From Vitrella brassicaformis CCMP3155 (Eukaryota > Protista > Chromerida), in contig CDMY01000349.1 of the NCBI GenBank assembly GCA_001179505.1, forward strand, positions 43,634 to 107,633: 64,000 nt of DNA. Reading direction: 5' to 3'. A model generated the notes under the pieces. It did not search any database, was not told the DNA's origin, and saw nothing but the letters and a program-made list of their open reading frames with translations. Below, one piece after another: positions 12,301 to 23,452 of the stretch. A program made the position numbers and the translations under genes. Positions within the stretch are counted from its first letter, which is position 1; every line of letters starts with the position of its first letter.

Positions 12301-14933
12301 CTAAAGCACATGTCCATGCATCTGGGGTCCTCGCTGGCGCTTGTAGCGTCCCGCAGCGAGGTCACAAGCGTCGCCACATCATGTGCCATCCTCTGCTGGT
12401 CGTCGGGCTGTCCGCCCACGCCCAGCCGGTCGGCAATGTTTCGGTGGTCGATCCATGTGGTCACCAGGTGCATCATCAGCGCAACTCCGTCGGAGAAGGC
12501 AGGGACGGATTCTGCAGCAGAGAGCCGGCTAAGCGCCTGCAAAGGCACATACAACAGGGGCGGAAAAGACCATTCTCATGCCGACCACACTCACGTTGTT
12601 TTGTTACCTTTGCTGTTGTTTGGACCAGGCCGACGATTCGTGACGGATCCTGCTGGTCACCGGGTGTGGCGGGTCCCTCTAGCCAGTAGATGCGGCATAG
12701 AGAGGGCGCCAGGGAAGGATGATGCTCAGCAACCGCAGAAAGCGCTGACAAACACCACTGACACAACACACACACACACACAGAGGGAGAGCTCGTCTCT
12801 CACTGCATGACTATTCATCTCAATCACACCGGTTCGTTCCACCGACCTCTTCATCTCCTTCTTGGCCGCCGGCCTGCCGCATGGAGTGCTCCATCAGCAC
12901 TCGCAATCCCTCAACAGCTCCGCCACCTCTCCCGGCCAGAGCGGCCACATACGACGGCAACAGGGGGGAGGGAATGGTCCGCAGCGGGTTGCCGTGCGTG
13001 GGAATGATGTTTTCCGGTGGGCGGGAGGTGGCTTGGAGGAACGCGGCGAACATGTTGTGGTTGTGGAACTCACACAAACGACGGAGGCCAACCGACGCAA
13101 CATCCTACACACATCCACCAACCCAACACACGAGAGACAGACAGACAGACAGACAGCCTTGCGTCTTCCGTCCTTTGCTGGGTTCCTTTCGTACCTACCT
13201 ACCTCCAGCACTGTCTGAGCCTCCTGGGCCAGCGAAGGCACGTCCATCAACAAGCCACACGCCTGGGCAGCGGCCGACAAATCTTCACACGTGCTCCCGA
13301 CCTCAAGTGCCCTGCCCGCCCCCCCAGTGTACCGCCGCAGCAACTCGCCAACCAGCGCCTCGCCCTCTGCTCCTGCTCGCCCGTCACACACCAGCTCCGC
13401 AAAGCTTCTCAGCCACTGACCCCAGTCGCGGACAGAGGCGCGGTCGCTGGCAAGATGGGCCCGCGCTCTCGACGCAATACGCTCCAGCATGCCACATTCG
13501 TCCTCCCAATCCCCTCGGATGGCCGCGCGCGTGAAGCTCCACGCGGCCATGGTGGTGTCCGAGGCCGAGAGCGATGAAAGGAAGGGCATGAGCAGGCCCG
13601 CCAGGCGCTCCCAGAGCAGGGCGTCGTGCACATCGGCCCTCACGAAGGCCCACGCCAGGTTGACGGGGTTGGACGCGCGTCGCTTGAAGGACAGCAGGTG
13701 GAACGACGGCAGACTCCCCTTGACAATGGCATCAGCCGCATGCCTCAGCAGCCGCCCGTCGTAGTACCCCATTCGCGCACACCCCCACAGCACGACCGTC
13801 CAGTCCTCCATCGCCTTGCGAGAGGGGGGAGGAGAGGGAGAGGCAGAGGGGCCATCCAGTGGAAAACGCTCACGCAACTGCTGACCCACTCGGACGAAGA
13901 GCCTCTGCACAGACGTCTCGGCGCGCCAATGTCCTGGGGATTGCGCCGACTCCATCAGCTTTACCATTCCCCACACCAGATTCGCCAGCTCCCGAGACTC
14001 GAAATCACTCAAACGTGTGCTTGCCCAGCCAATAATAAAGCGGCCCATAGCCTCCCTCCCTTGGTATCGCCCCTTGACGGCCGACAGAAACAGACTCAGA
14101 GCCTCCTCCACACGTAGCCTCCCTTCCGCATCATCAGCCAGCCGTTCCGTCTCAACATAGTGGAACAGCTCGTTCCAGAGAGGGCGCAATCGGCCATCCA
14201 CCGCATGACCATCCTCCCTGAGACACTCCGCCCCCGACCACAGCAGGTTGGCAAGCCCCACATGCGACAGCTCGTGCTTGCGCGGGAGGGACGCCTCAAA
14301 CACACGCGTGATGATGCGGACATGGCCGGTGGGCTTCAGCCGCGCCAGACTGTGTGCGATAGAGTTGAGGTTGCGTGCAGGGAAGGAGGATGCCAGCGGA
14401 AGGGAGCGGTCCAGGTCATCCAGTAGCCGCAACAGCAAAGGATCGGACCGCTGGAGAGGACTCTGCTGTGCGCCTGCCAGCTTGGCCCATCTGTGGAGCG
14501 CCGTCACCAGATTGACCAAGTTGAAGCCATCAACAGAGGCGTCCACAAGCGCTTCAAGCTCGTCCAGGGACCGCACTTGTGTGAGCCGCTTGTTGATGCG
14601 AAAATTCTCTGCAGTCGTGTTGGACATACGTGTGTCGAAGAGATCTTCAGCATCATCATGATGCAGAGCCGGCCCACAATCGACGCGCGGATGAAAGTCC
14701 AAAAGAGCCGGAGAGCTGGGCGCCAGGCTGACGGGAGGAGAGGCCTGCGGAGGGGCGGTGAGGGCGGTCGTTGTCACTGCTGCTGGTGCGTGCTGCCGCC
14801 GCTGTGCGATGGGAGGGGCGATGAACGTGAGATGCCTCCCGTGACATGATGCAGCACCGAACTGACAGATCCACACTAGATATAAGACCCACAAGGCATC
14901 CTTGTTCTTCTGGAGCCTTGCATGGTGCATCAT
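9357..14933 (-). CDS. Plastid-targeted helical-repeat RNA-binding protein (HPR/OPR/FAST-like), multi-exon
   Basis: N-terminal hydrophobic signal (ALWVLYLVWICQFGAASC) followed by a Ser/Pro/Ala-rich transit-like stretch. Repeats FNLVNLVTALHRWAKL, FPARNLNSIAHSLARL, LSHVGLANLLWSGA, FESRELANLVWGMVKL, FDGAQLSRLTYALA, CTPPDLTVLCWAFL. No clear RAP domain seen. Confidence 0.8.
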
Positions 14934-14955
14934 TCATCCTTTTTCTCGTCCCGCC

Positions 14956-14980
14956 GAGAGAGCGGTTTCACGCAATGTCC
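14956..14980 (+). promoter_or_regulatory. Copy 2 of recurrent 5'-end motif
   Basis: gagagagcggtttcacgcaatgtcc lies in the 222-bp divergent intergenic region, 22 nt from the HPR ATG. Confidence 0.6.
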
Positions 14981-15155
14981 TAGCCCTCCGCCTCTTAGCT
15001 CGCTCGACAAGCCAAGGGAGAAGGCCGGGGCGGCTTCCTCAGGGGTGTCGGCACCCGTTAAGGCGGATCTTGGCTTGGCATCGAGCTGGAAGCGGAGGAT
15101 CTGGGTGGTCACCGTAGCTGAAGATCTTGGTTGGTGAAGGCAGTGGGAGAGGAGG

Positions 15156-18100
15156 ATGCCCGTGGCGTCTGGGTTTCAACGATGCTGTACTTCATCCGCC
15201 GCTTCTTCATCCGCATCTTCGCCGGAGGGACGAGAGTCGGACGGCTGGCCTCACCCACCACGGGATCATGATCTGGATGACACAGCCAGTGACACCAGTG
15301 CCACCCACGACCTAGGGGATGACCGCTTCGAGGACCCTACCGAGGACATCCTCCATCAGTGGATGGTGGGTGTCGGCGCCACATCAACGCCAGATGAGAG
15401 CGGCGACCGTCCCCACCCCACGAGGCGTTCTCAGACGTCACGCAGCGAGAGCTCCTCGTCCCCGTTCTCCTCTCTGGCCCACCGGGGTGATGATGAGCGT
15501 GCGGAGCGTGACATCGAGACGGAGCGGCAGAAGATGAAGCTGACGGCAGAGGGCGGGGCGTCTGGTGCACCGGCCGTCATCAAGGGATACGACGCCGTCA
15601 TGCACAAGATCGCCTTGCTGCTCAACGAGGAGGTGAGGTGGGTCAGCCCGCAGAGACAGACCACAGGGAAGGAGGCAGGCCAGGCCGCTTGGACACGTGT
15701 GGTTTGTGTGCATGGGTGTGCCATGCCGTCCGTGTATGTGATGTGTGCCTATCTATCAGGATAGCAAGGACGTGACTCTTTGCGTCAAGGATCCTGAGCA
15801 TGGCCACGTCACTCGGTTCCGCGCCCACCGCCTCCTGCTCGAGGCGCAGAGTGACTTCTTCCGGGCGCTGTTCCGCCCCGGCTTCATGGAGCAGCACAGC
15901 GATGAACTGACGCTAAGCGAGATGAAGGCTGATACATTCGCTGCATTTCTCAAGGTAGGTAGCTAGGTCGACACACAGATAAACACACGAGCAGGGAACA
16001 TGGAAGGGATTCATTCTGTGTGTGCGGTTGTTTGTTTGTTTGTGTCTGTCTGCAGTTCATCTACAGCGGCGAAGTCAGCGTTTCAGCAGACAATGTGTGG
16101 CACCTCGTGGAGGTCAGTCAGCTTGAGCAGATAGATGGCCAGCCAGCCATGTGTTGCCATGCATGGCCATGACACCCACCCACATACAGCATGTGCTGTG
16201 TGGTTGTGTCTGTCTGTCTGTCAGGTTGGCCATCGGTACACAGTGTTTTCGTTGGTGGAGTGCTGCTGCCAGTGGCTGCAGGGCCACGTGCCCCTCACCA
16301 GCGCCAACCTAGTCCCCACACTCAGCCTCGCTGTCCGATTCAGACTCACCACCCTCATCGAGGTACGTACGTACGGAAGGGCCGCCTCGCCGACTGACTG
16401 ATCACTCCAGCCGCTACGCTACACACGCCATCTTGCCATTCCCTCGTGTGTGTGCTGTGCAGGACTGCCTGGATCACCTCAACGGCCACAGCGAGGTGTT
16501 TGAGTCGAGGCTGTCTCAGCCCGGCCCCCACAACCACCCCTCAGGACGCCTTCACCGATCGCAGAGCAGCCGCGACCGCCAGCCCTCAGCCAGCAGCAGC
16601 TCCTCCTCTGCCTCCGTCACTGTGGGCGGGCTCTACGGCTTCGTGCACCACAGCAGCAGGGGGGCCAACGAGCGTGGCTACCAGCCGTCCCCGCTGCTGT
16701 CGTGTCCGCGCCACATCCTGGAGGAGATCGCCATCAGCGACCGCATCTGCATCGCCGAGGATCGGCTGCTGACGCTGCTGATCGAGTGGAGCTGCAAGCG
16801 CCTCACCGCCAGGCAGACCCGCAGACGGGGCAGCAAGACCTGCCACGGCAAGAGGTGCCAGTGCGCGACGCCCGTCTTGCAGGCCCTCCTCTGGCGCGAC
16901 TATCTGCTGCCGTCCACCGACCGCATCAACGCCAGCGCCAGAGCAGCAGCCGGGCAGCCCGAACAAGATGATGAGAGCCGATCTGTGTCGTCAACCCAGT
17001 CTGACAGCACCAGTGGGGGTGCGGAGCTGTCCCGGCAGATGCTGGCGGTCTTGGATGGGGGCAGCGACAACGATGAGGAGGCCGATGACACACAGGAGGA
17101 TGACGGGCTGGGGGAGGGCGACATGGTCGCCAGTGGGACCCTCAGGCGGCTGCTCAGATGGTGGCGACGTCGGCAGAGGGACCGGGATGACGACAGCGTG
17201 AGGGACACGACAACAGTGCGGCGGTCGAGACGGCGTGACGCGCGTCGTTCCACCACGGACCAGCCTAGCTCCTCATCTTCATCCTCTGCCCGCCCGCCCT
17301 CCCCCTCCTGGCCATTCTTCGAGAGGGACCGGTCTGGGCGCTGCATCGGCTGCGACGACCGGCTCGATGGCGACCGGGCGACATGGCTCTTGTGCGAGCA
17401 CTGCGCGGTGCCGGCGGTCAACGTGTGTGCGGTGGACCTCGTGAGAGATCTGCAGGATTTCTGGCCTACTCTGAGATACACGCAGCTGAGCCCTTACGCC
17501 TTCGCCGCTCTGCACCAGCTGGTGCGTCTGGTGTCGATGCACCGCGAGTCGATGCAGCCCCTGGTGCTTCCACTGTCATCTCCCCCGCTGTCGGGGCATG
17601 ACGTGGTGCTGGACATGACAGTCGACAAGCGTCGTGTCAACGAGGGGCTCGGCGACGGCCAGCTGCGTGGCATGCGGCCCACGCGGCCGTTTGTGGCGCT
17701 GTGGGACACGACCCCTTACGGCCTGGCCGACTACTCGGTGGGGTGTGCGAACCTCAACACCACAACCATGCACCCGGCTGCTGCCGATTTGGGCTGGCTG
17801 GACCGTTGGAGCGCGCCCGGCGTGTCCAACATGGCGGCGAAGGAAGACGCAGCAGCTCCGCCATCGAGTTCCTCCTCATCTCCGTCGCTCCAACCGCCGG
17901 CCATGATTCTAGAGCGGCCCCTCACCAGCCCCAGCGACACGCTGCCCACCGCACGGGCAGAGAGCAGCAGCGCCGCGTCCGTCCCACGCACGTCGTCATC
18001 CTCATCCACCGTGCCCACCCTCTCGCCGCCCAACGAGCTGCAGCACGAGACCACACACGACGATCCTGCAGCTGGCCAGGGGATGCTTCCGCCCGAGCCA

Positions 18101-19353
18101 CCTGCCGTCATTGTCGATGAGGGGTGCCCCCTGATGTCGCTCCTCGAATCGCTGGGCCATGTGAGGTCCCCCCTGCCAGAGGGCAGCACTGGCTATGACA
18201 GGGGTGACGTCCTGAGAGCCATCAAGCCTCCTCAGGCTCACGGAGGCGAGAGCAGCAGCAGCAGCAGCAGCAGCAGCCACAGCCCGGGAGGGGACGGCGT
18301 GTGCTGTTGGGGCCAGCAGTGTCCGGCGGGGGAGCGGGCGTCGGGCGGCGGCCTGACGTGGCAGCTTGACCACGAATCGGATGGCGCAGCTGAGCATGGT
18401 CACCACAAGGGCGAGGGGAGCGTGGCGGTCCATCCAGCTGGTGCTGGTGAGAGGAGCCTTGTGTGGCGTGACGCCAACCGCAGTGCCGGCTTCATTGCCG
18501 GGGCTCTCGACGCCGCAACCAGGGTGTTCAACGGTATGCAAGGAGTAGAAGGACACACAAAGGGCATGCCATGCCGCCCTAATGCATTTCTTTCTTTGCG
18601 TTGCTTGCGTGTGTATGCCATCCATCCATCCATCCATCCAGGGTCCTCCCCTGTGCCATGTGTGTGCATGCGTCCGCGATTCACCGTGATACGCTTCCGC
18701 TACAAGATGGGCTTCTTCGTCCGCCTGCCCCCGACGGTTAGACACGAATTAGACAGTGCACAGCACAGCTGTGTGTGCATGTTTACTGTGCGCGTGAATG
18801 TGATTGATGTGCGTCGCGTCAGGACCTGGACGGTCGCGATGAGGCTGTGCTGGGCGATGGTGTGGACCCCGAGGCCCTGGGCGAGCAGTCCATCACCTCA
18901 AGTATGCGCACGGTGGCCTGGCGGGTCAGGATTATCCAAAGCGCCCCGCACCAGAAGATCTTCATCGGAGTCCTCTCGCGCGGCGGCAAAATCGCCAGCC
19001 AGGAGTGGCTCAAGGTCACACACACACACAGTCCTGTGTTTGTGTATTCATGGGTGTGTTGTGTTGTGTTGTGTTGTTTTGTGTGTTCAGGGGTCGGCCA
19101 AGGTGGCGGTGCGCCGTGGGTGTGAGTTCCGTGTGGTGTTTGACGTCAACTCACGGTTTCTTCTCGTCTTCAACCAGCGGAGGCTGCTCGAGGCCAAACA
19201 GGTATGTGTGTATGGGTCGACAACCACACACAACACGGCCATGTGATTGCATCTGTTTGTGTGTAGGTGCCGAGCTACTACATGAACGACGAGCGTACGG
19301 CGTGGCCGTTTGTGCGGTCGTCGGGCGGGTCTGTCAGATTCACATCAGCTTGA
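15156..19353 (+). CDS. BTB/POZ-BACK protein with C-terminal SPRY/B30.2-like domain
   Basis: SKDVTLCV...FRAHRLLLEAQSDFFRALF...FME...FAAFLK|FIYSGEV is a BTB signature. BACK-like segments follow. The C-terminal exons (VAWRVRII, KIFIGV, FRVVFDV, WPFV) are SPRY-like. TGA at 19351-19353. Confidence 0.82.
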
Positions 19354-20368
19354 ATGAATGGAATGACCGCCTGTGTGGTGTGGTGGCTGGGCTGGATGGG
19401 CGTGGCGTCTCTTTGTGTGTGTTGGGAGTGGGTGGGTCGGTGGATTGGATGAGTGGGCTGGGCTGGGCGTGTGGGCTCCCCCTTTCTTTTTCCCGAAGAG
19501 AAGAGCGATGTGTGCGTGGAGTGACGTGGATGTGTGTGTGAGTCAGTTGGATTGGATGGATGTGTTGATTCCTGCTACTGATTGGATTGCATGTCGGTCC
19601 GGTGGGTGGGTGGAATGGCTGTGTGGGTGTGTGGTTCCTTTATTTATTTATCCAAAGCGTACGTACATGCGTGGCGTGGGTGTGTGTCTGTGGGTTCTGT
19701 GGGTGTGCATGTCATGTGGTGCGAGAGCGGTGTACGGTACGTTGGTATCTGTCATGAATGCATTTTATCTGACTGTCGATTATTTCAGTGAGGGGGTGGA
19801 TGGGGGTGGGTGAGAACGAGTATATGGATGGATGGATGGATTAACGGTAGTCAGTATGTAGCGTCCCGCCTTGCTTGTACGTTTCAACATCCGAAAGATC
19901 TCTGAATGTCTGTCTGTCTGTCTGTCTCTGTGGCTGCCTGCACGATGGATGCTTGATGGATGATCGAGATGGGTGAACGCAAACGGACCAGGAAGTACCA
20001 TTCTCATTTATTAGCTATCAGTGAACGCTTTCAAGAACCGATATAGGATATTCAATCCACGCTCGTCCACACATTCACGCAGACATCCTCTGGCTACTTA
20101 CTGCCTGGATCGGCTCCGCAGGGAGGTGCAGTAGCCAGAGAACAGCGATGAGGGCGACACGGCACGCCCATCCGACTGGGCCGACTCGTATGGCACATCA
20201 AGGTGGTAGAAGTTGTGCCCCGATATCCACTCGTCCATGTGACCTGCAGTGCATATCGAAGTAATACAACAAACAGGTCATGACGCCTTACGAGCGGATG
20301 GGACTGGCACCCACCCACCCACCCACCCACCTGAAGCCACGGCGATCCCCCAAGACGCATCCAGGGGC

Positions 20369-22484
20369 TCAGGGCCCGTCTCGTCGCCCTCCTGCATCCA
20401 GCCCAACATCGCTGTCCTCATCGTCAGCATCGCCATCGCTGATGTACGACACGTCCAGCACGTCTCGCTTGGTGTCAAATGCGTCATAGAAAGGCCTGGG
20501 ACGCATGAGCAGGTCCTCCTCCGTCTGTGTCATGTGCTGCGGCGGGAAGGTGTCCGTGTCGGGTGTCCGCGGGAAGGGGTGAAAGCGAGATGGGAACGGC
20601 AGCGGACAACGCAGACGGCTGTGGCCTGTGACAGGGCAGAGAGAAAAGACGCACACACATACCACATACAGAAAAGAGCAATTGGGTGGGTGTGGTGTGC
20701 CTCTTCTTGTCTTCTCTTCTGACCAAGTGCCGTGAGTGCTCTGTTGACAGGTGAGTGATTGTCCCTCGGGAAGGGAAGGGGCGTCGACTCACGGTGGGCG
20801 CGGCCCACCACCACGGTCTCGATGTTGACCAAAGACCGCTGCCGACGGGGCTTTGGCTTGCGGCTACGCAACATACACCTGCATCAGGCCATCTATCCAT
20901 TTGTGTATCAGACCAGATCAGCGAAGGCATACTAGGTGTCTTCATTCCGGTCTCACCTGTCCCTCAGTTTGGTGTCGAATTGAGCCACGGTGGCCGGGCG
21001 AGTAACGGCATCATGCCTCTTCTTGCCCCCTGTTCCTCGAGACAATGAGCTCACAGCCTGGAAAGGACACACGGACGACCAGTGAGCGTGCTTGGAAGAA
21101 TCCGACAGCCAAAGATGTCTCTACTCACCCTGTCGACGTCTGACGGCGCTATCCTTGGCGTGAGAGGCCGTCCACGCACACTCAACGGCACGTCCGCATC
21201 ATCGCCACCCTTGCATTCCTCCGATTCCGGAACTCCCTCTTTCTTCGTCTCACCACATGTCCTGTCCTCGCCAACCCGCTGCCCCGTGTGCGTGTCAGTT
21301 GGTGCGCTGGCCTCTTTCTCGTCCTCCTCTTGGTTGTGTTCCTGCCAGCCCCTCGTCCGCACGCTCTCAAGCAAAGTTGGCGTCGAACACACCTGCGGCA
21401 GTGGCGTGGGGGGCAAATGTCGCATGACGGGAGACGGCGTGAAGGGAGTCGACACGCGGGAGGGGACGCCAGACCGCTCGGGGATCCACGGGGCTGCCTC
21501 CCTGCCCAGCCGACAAACATCCTCGATCGTTCGCTCTCCGTCTGGCGAAGATAGACGCAGCGAGGGGATGGGAGACGGCAACGGCCGCCCGCCCTCTCCA
21601 GCTGTCGTTGGCGGCACCGAGGCCGTGGACGCAGCATCACGCGGACCAAAGGACGGTCGAATGACGGTCGCGCGCTTGCCTTCGTGTGTCGCCTTGAGGG
21701 GCTTCTTGGCCGGTGGGTGGATGAGGGGCGCACGCAGCTTGGTGGTGGTGGCAGGGATAGAAACGGACACACCGGCTGCCGTACGGAGCACCGTCATCGA
21801 CGTGCCGAGCGGCGTACGCCTTTCTGCGCGAGGCCCCAGTGGCCGTCTGTGTGGCGGTTCTTCTTTCGGCTTGTAGACGAGTCCCTCTGGAGGGATGCCA
21901 GTTGCTGCAGGGGCCGAGCGAGGTGGGGAGGGCGGGCCCGGGGCGGTATGGGGAAAAGGAGCTCTCCATCTCGAGCCTGGTGCTGTCTTGGCGAGTCGGC
22001 CGAGACAGGCGATGGATGGGCTGTACGACGCGGGGCTGCAGTTGGCGTCCGTCGCCCCCGTGGGAGCCACTGCCTCACAAGACAATACACCACACAGACA
22101 GACGTTCCATGAATCAATCAAAGGTGTTCGCGTTCGTCTAACTTACTCACAAGTGAGTCGGTCGCATACGTCAACCCGCGCCTTCCTCTTCCCTGTCGAC
22201 GGGGCGACCATCACCGGACCCCTGCACAGCAGCCAGCAGCCACCCACATTGCAGAGAGTGAAGCTGCACGCGTCAGCGCATGCGTAGCTCACTCACTTTG
22301 TCGTCCTCTCGACAGGCGGCATGTACGTCCCAGGTCCTGGCAGGTCCTCCACCCGAGCCCACACATCACTGGCATGGGCGTACGCCGGTTTGGAGGGCGA
22401 TTTGCGCCGTCGTCCGAGGTTCTGCGCGCCTCCCATCGCCACCTCTATCGCCGGCCCTGTGGGTTGCTTCCGTTTTGAGAACAT
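20369..22484 (-). CDS. Pro-rich protein with SHIPPO/STPG (PGPGxY)-like motifs
   Basis: ATG 22484 (MFSKRKQ...LPGPGTYMPP), then spliced exons including SPASYSP. The rest is low complexity. The last exon ends at 20369. Confidence 0.55.
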
Positions 22485-22789
22485 CGCGGCACGCAGGCGC
22501 TATCTGAAACGGAAATCGAGGCAGAAGGGAGAAGAGTCGTGATGGGTATTCGTATACGCTTGTTGCTCTACATGTTCCGAGCGCTGCTCCTGGCAGGCGA
22601 AATGCGCGCTGAGCTCGCAGAGCGCGATCGTCAGATCCGGAGAGCATTCGCAAGGCTGGAGCTTTGACATGAAGGCCACCAATCTCAGAGGCATAAAGGG
22701 CATGAAACTACACACCTTTGCACTGATGCAATACATGCAGGTCCACATGAACGGGGGATACGCACAGCATGGGCACAGTTGCTCACGAG

Positions 22790-23432
22790 ACCTCTCAATG
22801 TGGAGAATAGTCACACAAATAGATAGGTAGATGTCCCCCGTCACTCAAAGGGAGGCACATCCAGTCAGCCGACCTAGATGCTCAACGCACAGAGCCAGAC
22901 CACTTACTTCACCAAACAAAACCAATCAGCTGACAGACATCTGAGCGACCTCACTCGACCGCCCAACATGCAATACAGACATACGTACGAACTACAGAAT
23001 CGAAGTACAGGTGACTGACTGGCAAAAGTGTCATATATCTGTCACGTCACTGGCCACAAAACACTTCCCACTCACCCACCAACAAAGAGAGGGGTAGACA
23101 GACGGGATGAATTGATGACCTTTATGACCTGATCTCTCAATGGAGCATGGTCACACGATCAGATCGCTCAATAAATGAGAGCTGGTTGCACAAAAAGACG
23201 TCCCCCTCACCCGAAGACACAGCGAGTCAGACCGGCCTCAATGTTCAACTTACTAGTCAAACCCACCTCACCAGACAAAAAACTTATCAGCGACAGACAT
23301 CTGAGTGACCCCCGGACTGTCCAACACACAAACTGCACAAAACACAAACGCCCAACACACAGCATAGTTGATGGATAAACAGGTAGACAGCGTATCAACC
23401 CAGATTTGAGGTCAGACGGGATGAATTAACGG
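22790..23432. repeat. Degenerate ~340-360 bp tandem duplication (intergenic)
   Basis: Paired blocks: ctctcaatg (22792/23134); agtcag..c..atg.tcaac (about 22863/23225); atcagc(t)gacagacatctgag.gacc (about 22926/23286); cagacgggatgaatt (about 23099/23413). Confidence 0.75.
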
Positions 23433-23452
23433 CTTCATGACCTCAAACTGTT

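Noticed and set aside
21082-21876. 264-aa plus-strand ORF
   Set aside because: It is antisense to a GC-rich exon of the STPG-like gene and has no independent splice or motif support.
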